Assembly: GCA_963840935.1 (NCBI GenBank)
Contig: CAWJAS010000001.1
Location: forward strand, 256,875 to 320,874
Length of the DNA stretch: 64,000 nt
Reading direction: 5' to 3'
Source of the DNA: Candidatus Magasanikiibacteriota bacterium
GTDB taxonomy: Bacteria; Patescibacteriota; Patescibacteriia; Magasanikbacterales; GWA2-37-8
Shown here: one piece after another, positions 59,901-64,000 of the stretch
Position numbering within the stretch: position 1 is the stretch's first letter
How the letters are laid out: every line of letters begins with the position of its first letter
Notes under the pieces: generated by a model
What the model was told of the DNA's origin: nothing
Seen by the model: only the letters and a program-made list of their open reading frames with translations
Databases searched by the model: none
Position numbers and translations under genes: made by a program

Positions 59901-60998
59901 CGTTTGGCAGAGGATTCGGCGGAACAAGTTTCACCACCATCGTCTGAAGGTGGCGTGTTTGAAGTTCGGCAAGTGATTGATGCTATGGCCGGTGGGCCAA
60001 AAATGATGACCAATGCTGAACAAATAGAATTCGACAATTTATTTGATAGCGGTAAATACGAAGAAGCGATGGAGTATATGTTGGAGCATCGGACGCGTGG
60101 ACCGATTTTTGAGTTATCGGATGGTACGCAGGTGCACAGAGCCGATATCGGCGGGTGGGAAGGAAACGCGCCGGATATTGAACTTCCAAGCGGTTCCAAA
60201 ATTGAATTTTTAGAAAATTCTACTATAGCCAACTGGAAACCGTCCTCTGGACCAACCATAGACATGGATGAATATTTGGCCGAAAGAAGCATCCCCGAAA
60301 AATTGGTTGGAATAGTCGGGGAAGGAAAAACTGACCAGTTTTTATATCATGAGCGGATGGGTCGTATTAATGACTACAGTCAGGCGCTTGAGCAAGTTAA
60401 TCCGGATTCTGATGAATACAAGGCAATTGTTAATAAATTAAAAAGAGAATTTGAATTATTTAATCAAGACACCGGGCAAGATCCATCAGAATTTTTTAGC
60501 AAGGATATTATTGATAGAATTAATTTCGAATCTGTCGCGCCAAAGCCGGCAGTTGACTTTGAAGCTAACGAACCCCTTGACCAAGAAGAAATAACGACAC
60601 AGATTTTTGAGTCCGCGCCTTTGAATTCAGTTAATACCAGGTATGGTGATATAAAATTTGATTATGATAACGGCCAACCCACAGCATTCGATTTGCCGGA
60701 TATTCCGAGAGATGCCCAAAAATCGTTGGTTAGTGTATTGGCATCGTCTGAAACCGGCGAAGTTACAGCTTCTTCTTTATCATCAAATTTGGATGTTGTT
60801 CATTGCGAATTGGTTGATGCATATAATAAAATTTATATTGATATGCAAAATCAGGGTTTGCAAAATACCGCTGAAGCAAGGTTTATGAAAGATAAAATTA
60901 GGGAATTGGCGATGACTATTTCAGAGAACACTTCAAAATCGCCAGAAGAATTATTCAACGATGATATTGTCAATCGATATAATTTAAAAAATAATTAA
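56950..60998 (+). CDS. Large coiled-coil membrane protein (~1350 aa) fragmented by apparent shifts (~57522, ~58005, ~58265) and an in-frame TGA at 57576
   Basis: ORFs 56950-57573, 57793-58005, 58010-58300 and 58221-60998 abut or overlap; Gly-rich hydrophobic segments; two KIGQ....R.SGE.D.GW.V repeats. Confidence 0.6.
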
Positions 60999-61018
60999 TT
61001 AAATTAATAAAAAGACAT

Positions 61019-63082
61019 ATGTTACAAACACATATTAGCACAAAAGTCGGTGTGATTATTTTAACAGCCACTCTTGTGATTTGCGCCGGAATTTTATTTT
61101 TTTTGGCGTCAAAGCTGGATTTTGAAATTTCATTTAATCCGGCGACTCCGGGCATCAAAATTACTGAAGATGTTTTTGAAGTTGATGCGGGTGAGTTAAA
61201 AAAATTCGCTTCCTTGGATGAATTTAAAAAATATTTATCAGATAACCAAAGCGATTCGAATTATTACGGAATCGGCATGGGGTCGGCTCGTAATGAAGCG
61301 GTATCGATGGATGTCGCCATGGAATCATCCGCCGGTGGTGTGGCGCCAAAGACAGCCCCGATGCCGGCCACGGATTCTTCTCAATCGCTTTCGGCTGATC
61401 GAGTTTCCGAGACCAACGTTCAAGTGATTGGGATTGATGAGCCGGATATTGTGAAAACAGACGGCAAAGAAATATATTATTCAAGAAGTGGAGGATATTA
61501 TCCTTGGCGCGGGGGAACAACGCCGGAAATAATGGTAGAAAAGGCAATAATGCCATATCCGGATTATAATAAAGGACAAACTGATTTAATCTTGGCTTTT
61601 CCGCCGGACACAATGAAAAAAGATTCCACGATTGAGCAAAGCGGTAATTTGCTTTTGGACGATAGTACTTTGATAGTGCTTTCCAATGACCAAAAAATAT
61701 TGGCTTACGATGTTTCCAATAAGGCGGAACCAAAAGAAAAATGGACGGCAAAATTAGGTGACAGAGAATACTTGGTTAACGCTCGCTTAATGGACGGTAA
61801 AATTTATTTAGCCACTCGACACGGAATTGATTACAATAACCCGTGTCCGATTGTTCCTATGGTTGTCGGTGATAATGAAGTTACGATTTCATGCTCGGAT
61901 ATTTATTATCCAAGCAGAGGCGGATACGCGGACGCCACATATAATTTTATGATTATGGATGTGGATGACGGCAAAGTGGAAAAGAAAACGTCATTTATCG
62001 GTTCGTATGGCCAAACCGTATTTTATATGTCGGAAAAAGCGATTTATTTGACCTATCCCGTTCAAATCGATTCAACGCAAATTGCTTATAAGTTTTTTTC
62101 AGAAAATTCAGATATTGTGCCAAGCTGGGTGATTGAACGGCTTGCTAAAGTAAGTTCGTATGACTTGAGTCCGAGCGCCAAGTCGGCTGAATTGTATTCT
62201 ATTCTTGAAAAATATAGAAATTCTTTGAATAACGACCAAATGTTAAAAATGGAAAATGAAATGACCAATAGAATGGAAAAATTTTATTCCGTACATCGCC
62301 GTTCAATAGAAAAAACCGGAGTTATCAAGGTGTCTCTTGATAATTTTTCCGCTATCGTTGGTGAAGTACCCGGCGCTCCTTTAAATCAATTTTCGCTTGA
62401 TGAATACGACAATCATCTGCGGATCGCCGTGACAATTGGGCAGAATTGGTGGGGGATTGCCGGTTTTGGGTCAAGCGGAAAGACCGTGAGCGATGTTTAT
62501 GTTTTGGACAAGAATTTGGATATTACAGGCTCGGTTAAAGATTTGGGCGAGACAGAAAGAATTTATTCAGTTAGATTTATTGAAGATCGCGGTTATGTCG
62601 TCACATTCCGTCAAATTGATCCTTTCTATGTTCTTGATATGAGTAGTCATACAAATCCGGTAATGCGCGGGGAATTAAAAATTCCGGGGTATTCTTCATA
62701 TTTGCATCCGTTAGCTGAACACAAAGTTCTCGGCATCGGGCGCGATGAAAATAAAGTAAAATTATCAATTTTTGACACCACTCGGGCTGAAGATCCAAAG
62801 GAAGTGGATAAATATTTACTGAGTGAATATTGGTCAGAAGCGTTAGATAATCATCGAGCGTTTCTTCAGGATAAAAAGCATCAAGTGATATTTATTCCCG
62901 GAAGTCAAGGTGGATATGTGTTCAGTTACGCCGGAGATAAGCTTAAATTAGAAACAGCTGTAAGCGGATCGAATATTTCGCGGGCTATTTATTTGAATGA
63001 CTACATGTATTTAATTGGCTCGGAAAAGATCATAGTTCTCGATGAGAAAACATGGGAAAAAATTAAGGAATTTGACCTGTAA
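61019..63082 (+). CDS. Secreted beta-propeller domain protein (Beta_propel family)
   Basis: SETNVQV.GIDEPDIVKTDG, LNQFSLDE, ERIYSVRF, VTFRQIDPFYV.D, GELKIPGYSSYLHP. Confidence 0.9.
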   Translation: MLQTHISTKVGVIILTATLVICAGILFFLASKLDFEISFNPATPGIKITEDVFEVDAGELKKFASLDEFKKYLSDNQSDSNYYGIGMGSARNEAVSMDVAMESSAGGVAPKTAPMPATDSSQSLSADRVSETNVQVIGIDEPDIVKTDGKEIYYSRSGGYYPWRGGTTPEIMVEKAIMPYPDYNKGQTDLILAFPPDTMKKDSTIEQSGNLLLDDSTLIVLSNDQKILAYDVSNKAEPKEKWTAKLGDREYLVNARLMDGKIYLATRHGIDYNNPCPIVPMVVGDNEVTISCSDIYYPSRGGYADATYNFMIMDVDDGKVEKKTSFIGSYGQTVFYMSEKAIYLTYPVQIDSTQIAYKFFSENSDIVPSWVIERLAKVSSYDLSPSAKSAELYSILEKYRNSLNNDQMLKMENEMTNRMEKFYSVHRRSIEKTGVIKVSLDNFSAIVGEVPGAPLNQFSLDEYDNHLRIAVTIGQNWWGIAGFGSSGKTVSDVYVLDKNLDITGSVKDLGETERIYSVRFIEDRGYVVTFRQIDPFYVLDMSSHTNPVMRGELKIPGYSSYLHPLAEHKVLGIGRDENKVKLSIFDTTRAEDPKEVDKYLLSEYWSEALDNHRAFLQDKKHQVIFIPGSQGGYVFSYAGDKLKLETAVSGSNISRAIYLNDYMYLIGSEKIIVLDEKTWEKIKEFDL

Positions 63083-63096
63083 AACAGGCTATTTTG

Positions 63097-63130
63097 GGCG
63101 ATAAATGCCGATTAACAGGCATTTATCGCT
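63097..63130. terminator. 13 bp inverted repeat after the beta-propeller gene
   Basis: GGCGATAAATGCC/GGCATTTATCGCT. Confidence 0.6.
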
Positions 63131-63140
63131 ACTATTTGTC

Positions 63141-63169
63141 TTGACAAAAAGCGTAAAATAAATTACTAT
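63141..63169 (+). promoter_or_regulatory. Sigma70 promoter
   Basis: TTGACA, 17 bp, TACTAT. Confidence 0.7.
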
Positions 63170-63180
63170 ATCGGCGATTT

Positions 63181-63516
63181 ATGTTTGGTGCAAAAAAAAG
63201 CCGTCTCTCATGGCATGACGCATTAAAATTCATTAATAAATGCCCTTCTTGCGGAGCCGTTTACTCCACAGACAAAGCGCGTCTTTTTGCGCAAAGTAAT
63301 TCCGCCAACCTGGTGCACATTACTTGTTCTGATTGCGGAGGGGGATTCATCGCGATGATTTTGGTGATGAATCAAGGCATCAGCACAATCGGCATGCTTA
63401 GTGATTTAAGCTTTGAGGATGCTGAAAGGCTTTATACCCTTCCGCCGATAAGTATTGATGAGTTAATTGAAGGCAGAGAAGCAGTAAAAAAATTTGTTTA
63501 CCCATTAAGTATTTAA
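63181..63516 (+). CDS. Conserved hypothetical Zn-binding protein
   Basis: CPSC...H.TC..C; promoter directly upstream. Confidence 0.65.
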   Translation: MFGAKKSRLSWHDALKFINKCPSCGAVYSTDKARLFAQSNSANLVHITCSDCGGGFIAMILVMNQGISTIGMLSDLSFEDAERLYTLPPISIDELIEGREAVKKFVYPLSI

Positions 63517-63525
63517 TAGTTGAAT

Positions 63526-64000
63526 ATGTATAAATTGTCCGCGGTTAGACGCGAAATTAAAGGAGAAAAAGTTCGAAAAGAAGGCTTATTGCCGGCCGTT
63601 GTTTATGGCGCCGGTTCAAGCGAATTGGAATCCATTTCACTGGTGTATAATGATTTTTTAAAATTATATAATGAAGCTGGCGAGTCATCTTTGATTGATT
63701 TTGATATAGATAATAAAGATGCCGGAAAAATTTTGGTACACTCCGTTCAATATGATCCGGTATCAGGACGCGTGGCGCATGTTGATTTGAGAAAAATCGA
63801 TATGAAAAAGATTATTGACGCCTCCATTGAATTGGTTTTCATAAACGAAGCCCCGGCGGTTAAAGAGCTGGGTGGAACATTGGTAAAAAACTTTGACAGT
63901 ATTGATGTCGAATGTTTACCGGAAGATTTGATTAATCATATTGATGTTGATTTATCCACGCTCAAAACTTTTGACGACGCAATTACAGTGGCTGATTTGG
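63526..64000 (+). CDS. rplY: 50S ribosomal protein L25/CTC (3' truncated by window)
   Basis: Translated by hand: R.EGLLPAVVYG...AGESSLID...VQYDPV....HVDL...EAPAVKELGG..V. Confidence 0.92.
   Translation, partial: MYKLSAVRREIKGEKVRKEGLLPAVVYGAGSSELESISLVYNDFLKLYNEAGESSLIDFDIDNKDAGKILVHSVQYDPVSGRVAHVDLRKIDMKKIIDASIELVFINEAPAVKELGGTLVKNFDSIDVECLPEDLINHIDVDLSTLKTFDDAITVADL

Overview
AT-rich bacterial chromosome segment whose gene content and SD-less core-gene leaders suggest a Patescibacteria/CPR (Parcubacteria-like) genome; this assignment is inference. About 1.2-29.9 kb is an accessory surface-protein island. It holds four modular secreted fibre/adhesin-like genes (345 aa, 624 aa, 2930 aa and a frameshift-broken ~3900 aa gene), and each giant gene is followed by a pair of Cys-rich DUF1566/Lcl-like lipoprotein genes. 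The rest is mostly housekeeping: infB 3' end, trxA, leuS, split comEC, L,D-transpeptidase, nusA, yidC, groES/groEL, uvrB/uvrA/uvrC, a FecR plus CHASE2-adenylate cyclase pair, a large membrane protein, a beta-propeller protein and the rplY 5' end. Three signals stand out. (1) Seven stand-alone accessory genes share an expression grammar that core genes lack: sigma70 promoter, boxA-like motif, strong SD, ORF, second boxA-like motif, intrinsic terminator. (2) A family of GTCAT...ATGAC palindromic elements is inserted in frame in leuS (3x) and uvrA (2 sites), and also at the uvrB 3' end and in the groES leader. (3) The fibre genes show combinatorial 2x2 domain shuffling. Scattered single-base frameshifts are probably sequencing errors. 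No RNA genes, CRISPR array, transposase or reverse transcriptase were recognised. All calls come from reading the sequence by eye; no searches were run.
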